A stretch of DNA of 64,000 nt from a virus, in the IMG/VR virus record IMGVR_UViG_3300010885_055964, positions 64,001 to 128,000 of that record; one strand, 5' to 3'. Below the pieces are notes generated by a model, which worked only from the letters and a program-made list of their open reading frames with translations, ran no database searches and had not been told where the DNA came from. A program made the position numbers and the translations under genes. Each line of letters starts with the position of its first letter. Position 1 is the stretch's first letter. This document shows, one piece after another, positions 1 through 9,682 of the stretch.

Positions 1-36
1 GTAAACTGATAAGCAGATTAGAATAAGTAGATAAAG

Positions 37-450
37 TTAGTCATTATATGGGATAAAAATATAATGAGGATTACCTTGCACTTTGGCCCTAGTAATCGAA
101 TATGGATTCCCTTTTTCCCGTAACAATTTTTTCATTCTCAGTGTAAATGCTGAAGAATTGGGTATTTTATCACAAACAAGATTTAGTATCTCACTACAAA
201 GAACACCGTTTTCACCAGATTGAGCGATTTTGTCATAAGCACTCTCCATTGCAGAAGTAATATGATCTGTCGCCTGATTCTTAGCTATTGTTTGCTTGTC
301 TCGAAGGGCGTCCCTTTCCTTGGCTACACTGATGGCTGTTTCGAGTTCTTGTTTCGCTTGTCCAGTGAGTTCTTCGACTCCTTCGGCTATCAGATCTTGG
401 ACATTATAGCCCAAATCGATCGGTATGATAGTAATTTTGGTTTTGGACAT
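37..450 (-). CDS. hypothetical protein (coiled-coil N-term, possible winged-helix C-term)
   Basis: ORF track 37..504; start re-called to ATG at 450 (MSKTKI) because a GAGG SD lies just upstream on the minus strand. Confidence 0.6.
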   Translation of the reverse strand: MSKTKITIIPIDLGYNVQDLIAEGVEELTGQAKQELETAISVAKERDALRDKQTIAKNQATDHITSAMESAYDKIAQSGENGVLCSEILNLVCDKIPNSSAFTLRMKKLLREKGNPYSITRAKVQGNPHYIFIPYND

Positions 451-471
451 TGAAGCCTCAGGGAGATAATA

Positions 472-1227
472 ATGAACATTTGTGTTGTTTGTGGCGAAGA
501 CCAAAATTTAAATACCAAGTTAACTATAGTCATAAATAATGAAAATATCGTAGTTTGTTTATGTGACGAACATGCAGAAGATACGACTGTAAAAATGGCT
601 AGAGAGAAATATTTGGAAAGGCAGAACCAAATAGATTTACTAGTAGAACAAGCTAAGAAATTGGGGTTAGATACTAGTAGCTTAATGAAAAAAGCGGCAG
701 CCTCGTCCAATGAATCAAAGCAGGTAGCTAATCCTAACCCACAGCCGTCAAGAGAGGATAAAACTACGAGCACAGAGGAGCAGAGTTTAGAACCTGACGA
801 AGGGTGGATAAGCACTAAAAAATTCGAAACAGTCGAGTCTAAAGGCTTTACTTCTGTCGGTGGTCAAGGCGTTGCCTCATATAACAGTTATAAAGTAATA
901 GGTCAATCCGATGTGCTGGATGAGAGCGTACGTCAGGGTAAAGTGAAGATGGGTGTAGCCGAAGGTCGTGGTGGTAGCCAGATTCCTGTTCCGTTAGAGA
1001 GAGTAGACGGTACCGGTACTACCCGGATTCGAATTAACAACGCCGAGACAGATCAATCATTGCAGCGTAGATTTAAGAATATGGCAAATAATCAGGAGCA
1101 TCAGCCCGACTTTAGACAAGGATATAATGATGCTACTAGGAATTGCCCTATATGTCGTGGCGAATGCGTGGTGAATGGGAAAGATTGCCCAAAGTGTAAA
1201 GGTAGTGGGATAATTAGTGTCTACTAA
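472..1227 (+). CDS. hypothetical Zn-finger protein with C-terminal DnaJ-type CxxCxG repeats
   Basis: N-term CVVC...CLCDEH; C-term CPICRGEC...CPKCKGSG; GGAG SD at 462-465. Confidence 0.65.
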   Translation: MNICVVCGEDQNLNTKLTIVINNENIVVCLCDEHAEDTTVKMAREKYLERQNQIDLLVEQAKKLGLDTSSLMKKAAASSNESKQVANPNPQPSREDKTTSTEEQSLEPDEGWISTKKFETVESKGFTSVGGQGVASYNSYKVIGQSDVLDESVRQGKVKMGVAEGRGGSQIPVPLERVDGTGTTRIRINNAETDQSLQRRFKNMANNQEHQPDFRQGYNDATRNCPICRGECVVNGKDCPKCKGSGIISVY

Positions 1228-1296
1228 CCGATGCCCCCAAAGGTGTACGGACGAGATAAAATATGGTAGCAAATCAAAGACGCTCATGAGAGAGTA

Positions 1297-1659
1297 GTGG
1301 AAAAGATACTAGAAAGAAAGAAACAAATGGACACAGCCGCTCACATTGAATATTGTCTACGCGAACTCGAGGTTGAATCAGTACAACAATTTGGCGACGA
1401 GGAAAAACAAAAAGTAGCTGCTAAGTGCTTAAAACATATCAATGTATGGATGATAGAGTCATATCAGTCAGGTGTGGCTTACACTAGAAATGATCGACGG
1501 AGGCTAAAAAGGGATTGTTTTAACTCTGTCAAGGAAAGTGTGATCAAGGAGTATCAAGAGGAATATGGATTCGCTATATTATCATTTTTGTTAATATATG
1601 TCGTGTTACCAATGGTTTTAAAATGGTTAATAGAAAGATTATTCAATAAACTAAAGTGA
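1297..1659 (+). CDS. hypothetical protein with C-terminal transmembrane helix
   Basis: 120-aa ORF, GTG start; hydrophobic FAILSFLLIYVVLPMVL. Confidence 0.6.
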   Translation: MEKILERKKQMDTAAHIEYCLRELEVESVQQFGDEEKQKVAAKCLKHINVWMIESYQSGVAYTRNDRRRLKRDCFNSVKESVIKEYQEEYGFAILSFLLIYVVLPMVLKWLIERLFNKLK

Positions 1660-1661
1660 TA

Positions 1662-1868
1662 TTATATCTGATTGCCTGGTAAGCGTATATTAAAGAATTT
1701 TCGATGTTTATTTTTTGTCGGTATTCCGCTAGGCTGCTCTGTAGCCCCAGAAGATCTGGCAGCAGCATCTATGCCAGCATTAGGATTATATAAATGTGGC
1801 GTGTGAAGTGCAGGCCGGTTAAATAACCTAGAACCGTGTAATCCGGCATTTATCCTTTTAAGCTTCAT
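1662..1868 (-). CDS. small basic hypothetical protein
   Basis: ATG at 1868 (MKLKRI) overlaps the stop of the upstream minus-strand gene; fills a gap. Confidence 0.4.
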   Translation of the reverse strand: MKLKRINAGLHGSRLFNRPALHTPHLYNPNAGIDAAARSSGATEQPSGIPTKNKHRKFFNIRLPGNQI

Positions 1869-2403
1869 CCATGTGCCCCGGGCTCGTATCGCCTTCTTCG
1901 AAATCAACATTAGACTCCATAGGCCAGTCTTCTACATCTTCGATTGTAAAATCTAGAGGCTGTTCTGGTTGACTGGCATCAATAATCTCGTCCATCTTAG
2001 GATTGAAACCGAAATCTTTTTCTGCCCATTCTGCTTGGTCATCTTTAAGTTCCTTGATAATAGAAGGAACGAATTTGGCGGCTTTGGCTCTTTCTTCAGC
2101 AGGTACTGCTTGAGCCACCATCTCTTTCTCCATGGCTGTCAAGAATGTAGGATCATCGAGGTATTTATAACTATGCACTTTGGTAAATGATTGGCATACG
2201 CCGTTGGCATGATTAAGCTCAGCGGCTTTTAATGCAAACATTTCGTCAATTTGGTTGTGTAGATATTCGTAGCCTCTTTCAGCCCGGCCAGATTGTTCAT
2301 GGTCAGAACTATGCATCTTAAGACCAAGCTGGGCATCATGCTGCAGCATGGTTTTGATGCTCTCGAGTAATGTCCGCTCGTCTTCAGTGAATTTATCGCT
2401 CAT
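1858..2403 (-). CDS. hypothetical protein, acidic C-terminus
   Basis: 181-aa ORF with AAGGAG SD. Confidence 0.7.
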   Translation of the reverse strand: MSDKFTEDERTLLESIKTMLQHDAQLGLKMHSSDHEQSGRAERGYEYLHNQIDEMFALKAAELNHANGVCQSFTKVHSYKYLDDPTFLTAMEKEMVAQAVPAEERAKAAKFVPSIIKELKDDQAEWAEKDFGFNPKMDEIIDASQPEQPLDFTIEDVEDWPMESNVDFEEGDTSPGHMDEA

Positions 2404-2432
2404 GATTACTCCTTAATAATTCCTTTTTAGTT

Positions 2433-2705
2433 TTGAATCGGATGGATAATCCTGGACAGAGAATAGAAAGGTTCGATCAAGTACGGTTACTTACCGTAAA
2501 AAATGTGTCTTATTTATCTGCCCCACCTAATACTATAGTTACACCTCAAGGTATCTGGTCTGTAGCGGCTGTGGTCGGCCAGAATGATTTGATATTAGCT
2601 AAGGATAATGCCATTATCAGGATCCCAGCTACTGATGTGTTAGTAATATCAGACTACGACTTAGAAGGCTTAAACGATATACTTGGGAGACTATCTGATG
2701 GCTAA
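2433..2705 (+). CDS. hypothetical protein
   Basis: 90-aa ORF overlapping the recA start. Confidence 0.55.
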   Translation: MNRMDNPGQRIERFDQVRLLTVKNVSYLSAPPNTIVTPQGIWSVAAVVGQNDLILAKDNAIIRIPATDVLVISDYDLEGLNDILGRLSDG

Positions 2706-3819
2706 ACACAAGAAATCGACTCCGATTGCTAAAGACGAAAAGGATTTGATAAGTATAATTGAGAAGACATATGGTTCAGGGTCGATAATGCTTGGTGAGG
2801 GAACTATAGTCAAAGTAGACTCCTTTTCAACAGCCGTGCCATCGATAGATTTAGCAATGGGGTGTGGAGGCTTACCGCAAGGAAGAATAATAGAAATATA
2901 TGGGCCGGAGAGTGGTGGTAAGACTACTACCTGCTTACAGTTTATAGCGGCATGCCAGCAACATTATTTTGATGCTAAAGAGCGTAGTGGTCGAGCTGCC
3001 TTTATCGATGCTGAGCATGCTTTCGACCCAGAATGGGCAAGGAAAATCGGTGTTAACGTAGATAAATTATTATTCTCTCAGCCTAACAGTGGAGAAGAAG
3101 CTTTTGATATTATGGAGGTGCTGATCAAATCCAAGCTAGTCGATTTGATCATAATAGATTCAGTGGCGGCCCTGACCCCACAGGTAGAATTAGATGGCGA
3201 ACTAAGTGATTCTAGCATAGGCGCACATGCTCGCATGATGAGTAAGGCATTGCGTAGGCTAAAGGGAGAGATCAATAATTCTAAGACTACCATAGTGTTT
3301 ATTAACCAGATTAGAGAAAAGGTCGGTGTGATGTTTGGTAGCCCTGAGACAACACCTGGTGGCAGGGCGCTGAAATTTTATGCTTCTATTCGTGGTGAGG
3401 TGCGTAGAGGCCAGACTATCAAAGAGGATGATGATGTTCTAGGGTTTAGAACCAGCATCAAAATGGTTAAAAACAAAGTAGCAGCCCCATTCAAAAGAGC
3501 TGAATTCGACATCTGTGTTGGACATCCATCACGTCCGATCTATGGCATTGACTCTATATCTTCTCTATTTGAAGTAGCTAAAGAATGCAAGGTGTTGACC
3601 TCCACAGGCAGTTGGTACGTTTATAATGACAAAAAGATAGGCAACGGAGTCAACGCTACATTGTCTTACTTGCGAGAGAATGCAGATATATTAGCCGAGA
3701 TAGAGAAAAAGACATATGATATAGCTTTTAAGACGTATGTGACCAGTGCAGTATCGATTGAAGACTCTGATGAAGATTCTGACGAGCTAGATGATAAAAT
3801 ATTGGATGGAGATGAATGA
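2698..3819 (+). CDS. recA: RecA/UvsX recombinase
   Basis: Walker A GPESGGKTT, FIDAEHAFD, Walker B LIIIDSVAAL, FINQIREKVGVMFGSPETTPGGRALKFYAS, KNKVAAPF; start set at ATG 2698 (GGGAG SD). Confidence 0.97.
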   Translation: MAKHKKSTPIAKDEKDLISIIEKTYGSGSIMLGEGTIVKVDSFSTAVPSIDLAMGCGGLPQGRIIEIYGPESGGKTTTCLQFIAACQQHYFDAKERSGRAAFIDAEHAFDPEWARKIGVNVDKLLFSQPNSGEEAFDIMEVLIKSKLVDLIIIDSVAALTPQVELDGELSDSSIGAHARMMSKALRRLKGEINNSKTTIVFINQIREKVGVMFGSPETTPGGRALKFYASIRGEVRRGQTIKEDDDVLGFRTSIKMVKNKVAAPFKRAEFDICVGHPSRPIYGIDSISSLFEVAKECKVLTSTGSWYVYNDKKIGNGVNATLSYLRENADILAEIEKKTYDIAFKTYVTSAVSIEDSDEDSDELDDKILDGDE

Positions 3820-5165
3820 GCATGTCCACTCTGGATATACTCAATAAATCAGAAGAGCAAGATGATATTGTAAGGCCATTTGGGTCTTATGAAGAAGAGG
3901 CGATTATTTCGCTTGCTCTAGATTATCCTGAATTCTTTTCGGCGATTAGCGGCTTTCTACAGCCCAGCTTATTTAAAAGATCCGAATGTCAATGGGTCAT
4001 AGCAGAAATATTAAACGCTTTCGAAGAGTTTAATACGATCCCTACTAGAGAGATCTTATATGATAGAATATCGGCTAAGATAACTGAAGATGATCCATAT
4101 GACCAAGTGCTTGGCTTAGTTAAGAGAAAATCTAATCATCGTGAAATACCGATGGTTAAGGATACATTATTAAAATGGGCGAAAGATAGACAATACGGCA
4201 TGCTCTATAGTGATGAAGCTATAGAAGCTTACCGTATGGGTAATTATGAAATATTAGAAAATTTAGTAACTCAAGCTAATAGAATAGCTGATGTGTCTGA
4301 GGGCGGTTTTTGGTTCTTCGAGAATTTAGAACTGCTATTTCAAGAAGACATCATAGATCACCGTACTACAGGCTTTCCTAAACTAGACCGACTGCTTAAC
4401 AATGGTGGTCCTTCAAAGAAAGAAGTCGTATGTTGGTTGGCTGGAACCAATGTCGGCAAATCGATATTGTTATGTAATAATGCAATTTCATCATTGCAGA
4501 GTGAAACTGTAAACGGTGAAATTGGACAAGATGTTCTTTTGATTACATTCGAATTAGATAGCATTAAGACAGCTCTACGATGCCTGGGTGCGGCCACGGG
4601 TGTCCCGTTAGCAAGCTTAGCAGAACATAAGGACTTGGTTAGACGTAAGATAAAGACCATAGAACGAACATATAAGAAAAAATTCGCCATTTACGAGTGG
4701 GCCCCAGAAGAATGCAGTGTCAATCATATATATGCTTTGCTCGATAATCTAAAACGCACCAAGGGATGGAAACCAGACGTAATTATAATAGATTATATGG
4801 ATTTAATGATTAGTCGTGTTGCCGAATTTAATAAGAAAGACTATGACAGGCAAAAGCATGTTGCTAATGAGATAAGAGGTTTAGCTAAAAACGAGAATGT
4901 ATTAGTTTTTACAGCCACTCAGACCAACAGGAGTGGTACTTCCGGTGACGAAATGGTAGCGGACTTGAATAAAGTGGCAGAAAGCTACGCTAAACAATTC
5001 GCTCTTGATTATATAGTTAGTCTTAATCAAAGTGATACTGACCGCAAAGCTGTGCCACATCCTCGTATTCGATTTTTCGTAGCTAAAAATCGTAACGGGC
5101 CAAAACACGCGCAAGTCGAATGTGAAATTGAATATGACAAAATGCAAGTAAGGGAATTGATATGA
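3816..5165 (+). CDS. replicative SF4 helicase (DnaB / T4 gp41-like)
   Basis: TGFPKLD, Walker A AGTNVGKS, IIIDYMDL, TATQTNR, KNRNGP. Confidence 0.92.
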   Translation: MSMSTLDILNKSEEQDDIVRPFGSYEEEAIISLALDYPEFFSAISGFLQPSLFKRSECQWVIAEILNAFEEFNTIPTREILYDRISAKITEDDPYDQVLGLVKRKSNHREIPMVKDTLLKWAKDRQYGMLYSDEAIEAYRMGNYEILENLVTQANRIADVSEGGFWFFENLELLFQEDIIDHRTTGFPKLDRLLNNGGPSKKEVVCWLAGTNVGKSILLCNNAISSLQSETVNGEIGQDVLLITFELDSIKTALRCLGAATGVPLASLAEHKDLVRRKIKTIERTYKKKFAIYEWAPEECSVNHIYALLDNLKRTKGWKPDVIIIDYMDLMISRVAEFNKKDYDRQKHVANEIRGLAKNENVLVFTATQTNRSGTSGDEMVADLNKVAESYAKQFALDYIVSLNQSDTDRKAVPHPRIRFFVAKNRNGPKHAQVECEIEYDKMQVRELI

Positions 5166-5335
5166 AATTGAAGATTAGTATCGAAGTAGAAGTCTCCCGC
5201 TCGATGGCTGATACCATGCAGAGAAGTGGATTTACAGTCTGTCCAGACGGTTCAGCAATGCAGGTAAAAGTAGGCAACTCGCCAGCTATACCGAAACGCA
5301 AAACCAAAGTGGTCTATGAACATTCTGACAAGTAG
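5162..5335 (+). CDS. small hypothetical protein (57 aa)
   Basis: Read by hand: MKLKISIEVEVSRSMADTMQRSG...YEHSDK*; ATG overlaps the helicase stop. Confidence 0.5.
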   Translation: MKLKISIEVEVSRSMADTMQRSGFTVCPDGSAMQVKVGNSPAIPKRKTKVVYEHSDK

Positions 5336-5358
5336 ATAACCCAAACAGGAGGATCGAG

Positions 5359-5808
5359 ATGGCGATACCTAAGAGCAAAGTAGCCCAGCAGTTAGACGAT
5401 AAGAATGATACGTTCGTCTCTAACGATCCCCCCAAGGGAGCGAAGACTCTAGTAGCTAAAGTAGACGAATCAGTAATTATTATCAAGCCTGTAGTGTGTC
5501 ATAACAATTATGTTGCCATTTTACAGACTGAGATCGAATCAGCTATACAACTAGCTGGTACCGAGGGTCAGTACAAGAATGAAGGGGTAGTCATCGGGGT
5601 CGGTCCTGGCTTATCTGATGGAAATGGCGGGAGGCTACCGCTATCTGTTAATCTAGGTGATTATGTCATGATTGGATCCAAGAATCACGTTGCGACATTG
5701 ATGCCTGATAATGGGCATTATAAGGGTAAGAAGGTCGTAATTGTTTCAGAGAATAATATTATATGTGAAATACCCACTGATATTAAGTTTAATGTCAAGC
5801 CATGGTAG
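5359..5808 (+). CDS. groES: GroES/Cpn10-like co-chaperonin
   Basis: IIIKPV..NYVAIL, EGVVIGVGPG..DGNGGRLPLSVNLGDYV matches the Cpn10 pattern; AGGAGG SD. Confidence 0.8.
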   Translation: MAIPKSKVAQQLDDKNDTFVSNDPPKGAKTLVAKVDESVIIIKPVVCHNNYVAILQTEIESAIQLAGTEGQYKNEGVVIGVGPGLSDGNGGRLPLSVNLGDYVMIGSKNHVATLMPDNGHYKGKKVVIVSENNIICEIPTDIKFNVKPW

Positions 5809-5922
5809 TCCCTATTAGAATATGTCTATCCCGCTACATATATCACCGTGTAATACAACGCATCAAATATAGTTAGATAAGTATATACATTGAGATCGAT
5901 GATTTAATCAAGCAGGTGGCAT

Positions 5923-6375
5923 ATGCCTAGATATAATTATGAATGTAACGTATGTAAGAAACAAGCATATAAAAATAATAAAGATCTGCTGCAGATAAAT
6001 AATTCCGGTGATAAAGAACTTCCGATCGAATTATATGAAGAGTTAGTATTATTCGAGACACAACACTCGATGAGTGCAAATGAGAAGGAGCTAAAGGAAG
6101 CTCTAGAATGCCCTAGGTGTGGAAGTACTGACTGCACTAGAACTGTATATGGTGCACAGATAACTAGTTTTATTAGAGGGTATGGATTTTTGGATAGAGC
6201 TGGTGCAAGACGAGATATGAATCGATTTAAGTTAACCACAGATGATCCTTATGCCCAATACCGTGTTGCCGGTGAAGTAGACCATATAAATGAGACTTTG
6301 AAAAAACAAGGCCGGCATGATCCTAAAACTAAGCACTTTTTAGCATCTGCCCCTAAAGAGAAAAAAGACAGCTAA
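5923..6375 (+). CDS. FmdB-type zinc-ribbon protein
   Basis: MPRYNYECNVC ... CPRCGS. Confidence 0.7.
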   Translation: MPRYNYECNVCKKQAYKNNKDLLQINNSGDKELPIELYEELVLFETQHSMSANEKELKEALECPRCGSTDCTRTVYGAQITSFIRGYGFLDRAGARRDMNRFKLTTDDPYAQYRVAGEVDHINETLKKQGRHDPKTKHFLASAPKEKKDS

Positions 6376-6412
6376 TTAATCCTTTAATCGTGATACCGCC
6401 TGTATTAAGTCG

Positions 6413-7609
6413 GTGATGGGTGACCTTTGCGTTTATACACTGTTCGACCCTAAAACTGGCAAACCAAGATGCACAGGTATAAAGGATGGTGATATAGTCA
6501 AAGTATGTGATCTATATAGGCCTGGTGCTGGTAAAACAATACAAAAAATAGACAAGACCAAGAATCTTATCAGACAGATAATACTAAAAGCCAACGCCGA
6601 TAATAGGCGGATTTTAACTTCAGATTTCAAATCTCATATCCTATCTTTTGACTTACCAAGAGATAAGAGAACGTACAATGTCTATGATCTACAACTGCCC
6701 GAAATATTACCGACAAACTCTAAATCAAAAGATGAAATAATTATAAAAAGAATATTGGAAAAAATTTCTAATAAGACTACAGCCGCATATAATCACGTTA
6801 TAGCGAATAGTGCTGTAGTTTATCAATACCTTGAAGACAATGGTATCTTAGTTAATTCTATGCTCGAGAGGCCCAAGTGGTCACAAAAAACGTTTTCAGG
6901 TAGGAGTAAGACCACAAGTTATAACATACAGGGGTTAGCAGACGACTACCATGTAGTATCATCTAGTGGCAAAGAACCCGATGTCTTAATCATGTTCGAT
7001 TGGATATGTGCAGATATAAGGGCAGCTTCATTAATGTCCAACGATGATATTTTGATAGAAACATTTGTCAAATCGGACCCGTATACTGTATTGATGGAGG
7101 TTTTAAATAGAGGATCAGACGATACGATGACCAGATCTGAGAGCAAAAGATATCTATTAAAATCTATAAATTCTATGGATTTTACAAGCACAGCTTTGAC
7201 AGATGTGTATCCGAAATTAGGACAATGGATTAAAAGATGCAAATTATCGATATCTGAAGGAAAACCATTACAAACTATTTTAGGTCGCACTTTCAGACCG
7301 GCTCACGCAAAAAACGAATTGGCTGTTTTGAATGGTATAATGCAGGGTACAGTAGCACATGCGATGCAGATAGTGTTGCGACGTATATGGGAGAGAGCAC
7401 CAGATAGTATAGTTTGTGAAATCCATGATTGTCTTATCATTTCTTCACCACCAGATCCTCAGCAAATTAAGGCCTTAATCAGCACAGTTGCTCCTATAAT
7501 GGCTAGACCTTTCGAAGGATATTTAGATAGTAATCCATATTTTCCAGTTAATGTAAGTATCGGCAATAAGTGGAAACAGTGGAAGGTGTACAAGACATTT
7601 AGGGAGTAA
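6413..7609 (+). CDS. family A DNA polymerase-like protein, short and divergent
   Basis: TFSGRSKT..NIQGL, motif A FDWICADIR, motif B RSESKRYLL, QTILGR, NGIMQGTVAH, motif C EIHDCL. Confidence 0.85.
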   Translation: MMGDLCVYTLFDPKTGKPRCTGIKDGDIVKVCDLYRPGAGKTIQKIDKTKNLIRQIILKANADNRRILTSDFKSHILSFDLPRDKRTYNVYDLQLPEILPTNSKSKDEIIIKRILEKISNKTTAAYNHVIANSAVVYQYLEDNGILVNSMLERPKWSQKTFSGRSKTTSYNIQGLADDYHVVSSSGKEPDVLIMFDWICADIRAASLMSNDDILIETFVKSDPYTVLMEVLNRGSDDTMTRSESKRYLLKSINSMDFTSTALTDVYPKLGQWIKRCKLSISEGKPLQTILGRTFRPAHAKNELAVLNGIMQGTVAHAMQIVLRRIWERAPDSIVCEIHDCLIISSPPDPQQIKALISTVAPIMARPFEGYLDSNPYFPVNVSIGNKWKQWKVYKTFRE

Positions 7610-7612
7610 GTT

Positions 7613-7894
7613 ATGAAAGGCGAGAAAAAGATCAAGACGTACCGCGCCAAAGTAAGAGCAGTAGCAAGAAATAGAAAGCGTAAGATTAAATTATTAAAAC
7701 AGGCCCAGAAACGTAAGAAGTCATGGGATAAAAATAAGAACATACGAATGCAGTTAAAGGAACAATTATCTCCTACGTTTAGTAGAGCTGCATATATGCC
7801 AGATCATACTATTGCCGTATCAAAAAAAGATGTATTAAAGGTAGATAAATTCAATATGAATAAATGGCAGCCAAAACCATCAGTTGATAAATAG
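7613..7894 (+). CDS. highly basic hypothetical protein
   Basis: 93-aa K/R-rich ORF in an operon position. Confidence 0.55.
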   Translation: MKGEKKIKTYRAKVRAVARNRKRKIKLLKQAQKRKKSWDKNKNIRMQLKEQLSPTFSRAAYMPDHTIAVSKKDVLKVDKFNMNKWQPKPSVDK

Positions 7895-7901
7895 GTACAT
7901 T

Positions 7902-8423
7902 ATGCCCAGACCAAAAGAATACTCCGATTGGATCGAGGCCAATGTACCGGTAGAATTAATTAATTCTAGCCTGTTTAGATTCGAAGTATCTCTAAGGATT
8001 CCTGATCCTGAGAATCCTAAAAAATCTAAAAAAATATTAGTTGATATATTATCAGATTTAGATGTGAATATGGATATATTAGAAGAGCAGATGCAGAACC
8101 TTCCATCTCAATATGCATATTGGGCGGCTGTATACTCAGAGTTAAGGGTAGCAGTGGCTGTAGCAGAACGAAATCTCAAAGTTCGTAAGGGAAAGGCGAC
8201 AGACGAGACAACACAAAGAGTAAAAGAGTCTGGGACTAAAATAACTGCTGATCAGGTAAGGCAGATCATAGAGGTTAATCCTGCTCTAGTTGAAGCAGAT
8301 TTGAAATTAGCGAATGCCCATATGTTAGCAGGCAAGATATATCATATGATGGAGGCGGTAAAGATGAAGCACGAGGTATGTCGCTCACTAATAGGTATAA
8401 AGAAAGCGGAACACAGTAATTAA
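7902..8423 (+). CDS. uvsY: UvsY-like recombination mediator
   Basis: Helical LEEQMQNLPSQYAYWAAVYSELR...EAVKMKHEVCRSL pattern; lies directly upstream of the SSB; start at ATG 7902 (AGGT SD). Confidence 0.65.
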   Translation: MPRPKEYSDWIEANVPVELINSSLFRFEVSLRIPDPENPKKSKKILVDILSDLDVNMDILEEQMQNLPSQYAYWAAVYSELRVAVAVAERNLKVRKGKATDETTQRVKESGTKITADQVRQIIEVNPALVEADLKLANAHMLAGKIYHMMEAVKMKHEVCRSLIGIKKAEHSN

Positions 8424-8496
8424 GGATAATTCGGATCGAATCGAACTGTATTTAATCCGAAGACTTCGATAGTAGTTTTAACCAAAAAGGTGTCAA

Positions 8497-9609
8497 ATGT
8501 CAAAGTACGATGTACAAGCTATACGTAACAAGTTGAAGACCACAATGTCTGGAAAGTTCTCTGATCCAGATGAATTCAAGCCAGAAAAGGCTAATAGTAC
8601 GACAGAGCCTCTCAAATATAGATTCTTTATCATGCCGCCGCTGCTTAAGGGCGATAAGCTCAAGAGTGGTGAAGTCAAAAAGTCTATGGATCAGTTCTTC
8701 ATCACACATGCCAACCACTGGATTAACGATAAACCATACCCTTGTCCTCGAGTGTGGGGAAGCAGTGAATGCAAAGTATGCCAGTTTGGCTTCGACTTGC
8801 TCAAGGAAGAAGCCAATCAAAAGGACGAAGACAAGCGTAGACAGATAATTCGCCAGTGGATGCCAACCACCTACCATATGGTTAATATATTCTTCCCCGT
8901 TTGGAAGGGTAATCCAGAAGAACTGCGTGGCAAGGTAAGGTTCTTCAACGCTTCCAAGACGTTGTTTGACCAATGGACGGCTACTTTGATGCGAGATGAT
9001 TGTGGCGATCCTGATGACCCACAGGCTTATGGTATTTTCTTCGATGAAAATGCAGCTTTCACTTATGAGCTGCAGGTGCTCAAGCAGGGACGGCAGAACA
9101 GTTATAAGACCAGTAAATTCTTGCCAAACGGTGGTGAGCCCACACCGATGATCAAAGCCTCGAATGGAGAAGTGAATGAAGAAATATTGGAGAAGCTTTT
9201 ACGAGCCAGGCACAACTTGTGGGATAAGATAGTTCCCCCCGATGTAGAGAAGCTGGAGCGTATCTTTAATGCCATGACTCTTGGTGATGATGAAGAAAAA
9301 GGCGATAATGGCGGGTTCGACCAGGATGAAAGTGCTTCTAACAAGGTGGCAGAGGGCAAGGCACGTTCTTCTAGAGAAACCACCAAGGTCGAGACATCCA
9401 AATCAGGCCAAGCTCGTACCAAGCCTAAATCTGACGATGATGAGGACAACGAGGATGGCGAAGATGTCGTTACTCATATGTCGGAGGATCTGTCTTCTGA
9501 ACAACCGATGGGCAAGAACACAGAAAAGGGTTCAAACAGCACCAAGGCCAAGGAAGATGATGATGCGAGTGATATCGATGACTTGCTGAGTCAGCTAGAC
9601 GACGACTGA
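8497..9609 (+). CDS. gp32-type single-stranded DNA-binding protein
   Basis: H-W..C..C..C cluster (HANHW..PCP..CKVC), YHMVNI, acidic tail DIDDLLSQLDDD. Confidence 0.85.
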   Translation: MSKYDVQAIRNKLKTTMSGKFSDPDEFKPEKANSTTEPLKYRFFIMPPLLKGDKLKSGEVKKSMDQFFITHANHWINDKPYPCPRVWGSSECKVCQFGFDLLKEEANQKDEDKRRQIIRQWMPTTYHMVNIFFPVWKGNPEELRGKVRFFNASKTLFDQWTATLMRDDCGDPDDPQAYGIFFDENAAFTYELQVLKQGRQNSYKTSKFLPNGGEPTPMIKASNGEVNEEILEKLLRARHNLWDKIVPPDVEKLERIFNAMTLGDDEEKGDNGGFDQDESASNKVAEGKARSSRETTKVETSKSGQARTKPKSDDDEDNEDGEDVVTHMSEDLSSEQPMGKNTEKGSNSTKAKEDDDASDIDDLLSQLDDD

Positions 9610-9634
9610 AATAAAACAGAATAATAACAACTCT

Positions 9635-9670
9635 AACAGCCCAGCAGGTTATCCCCGCTGGGCTGTTTTT
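9635..9670 (+). terminator. Rho-independent terminator
   Basis: 11-bp stem AACAGCCCAGC/GCTGGGCTGTT followed by a T-run, just after the SSB gene. Confidence 0.85.
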
Positions 9671-9682
9671 GTAGGAGAACAA

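Noticed and set aside
2698-5165. Inteins or introns in RecA/helicase
   Set aside because: Normal lengths, contiguous motifs, no splice-junction motifs
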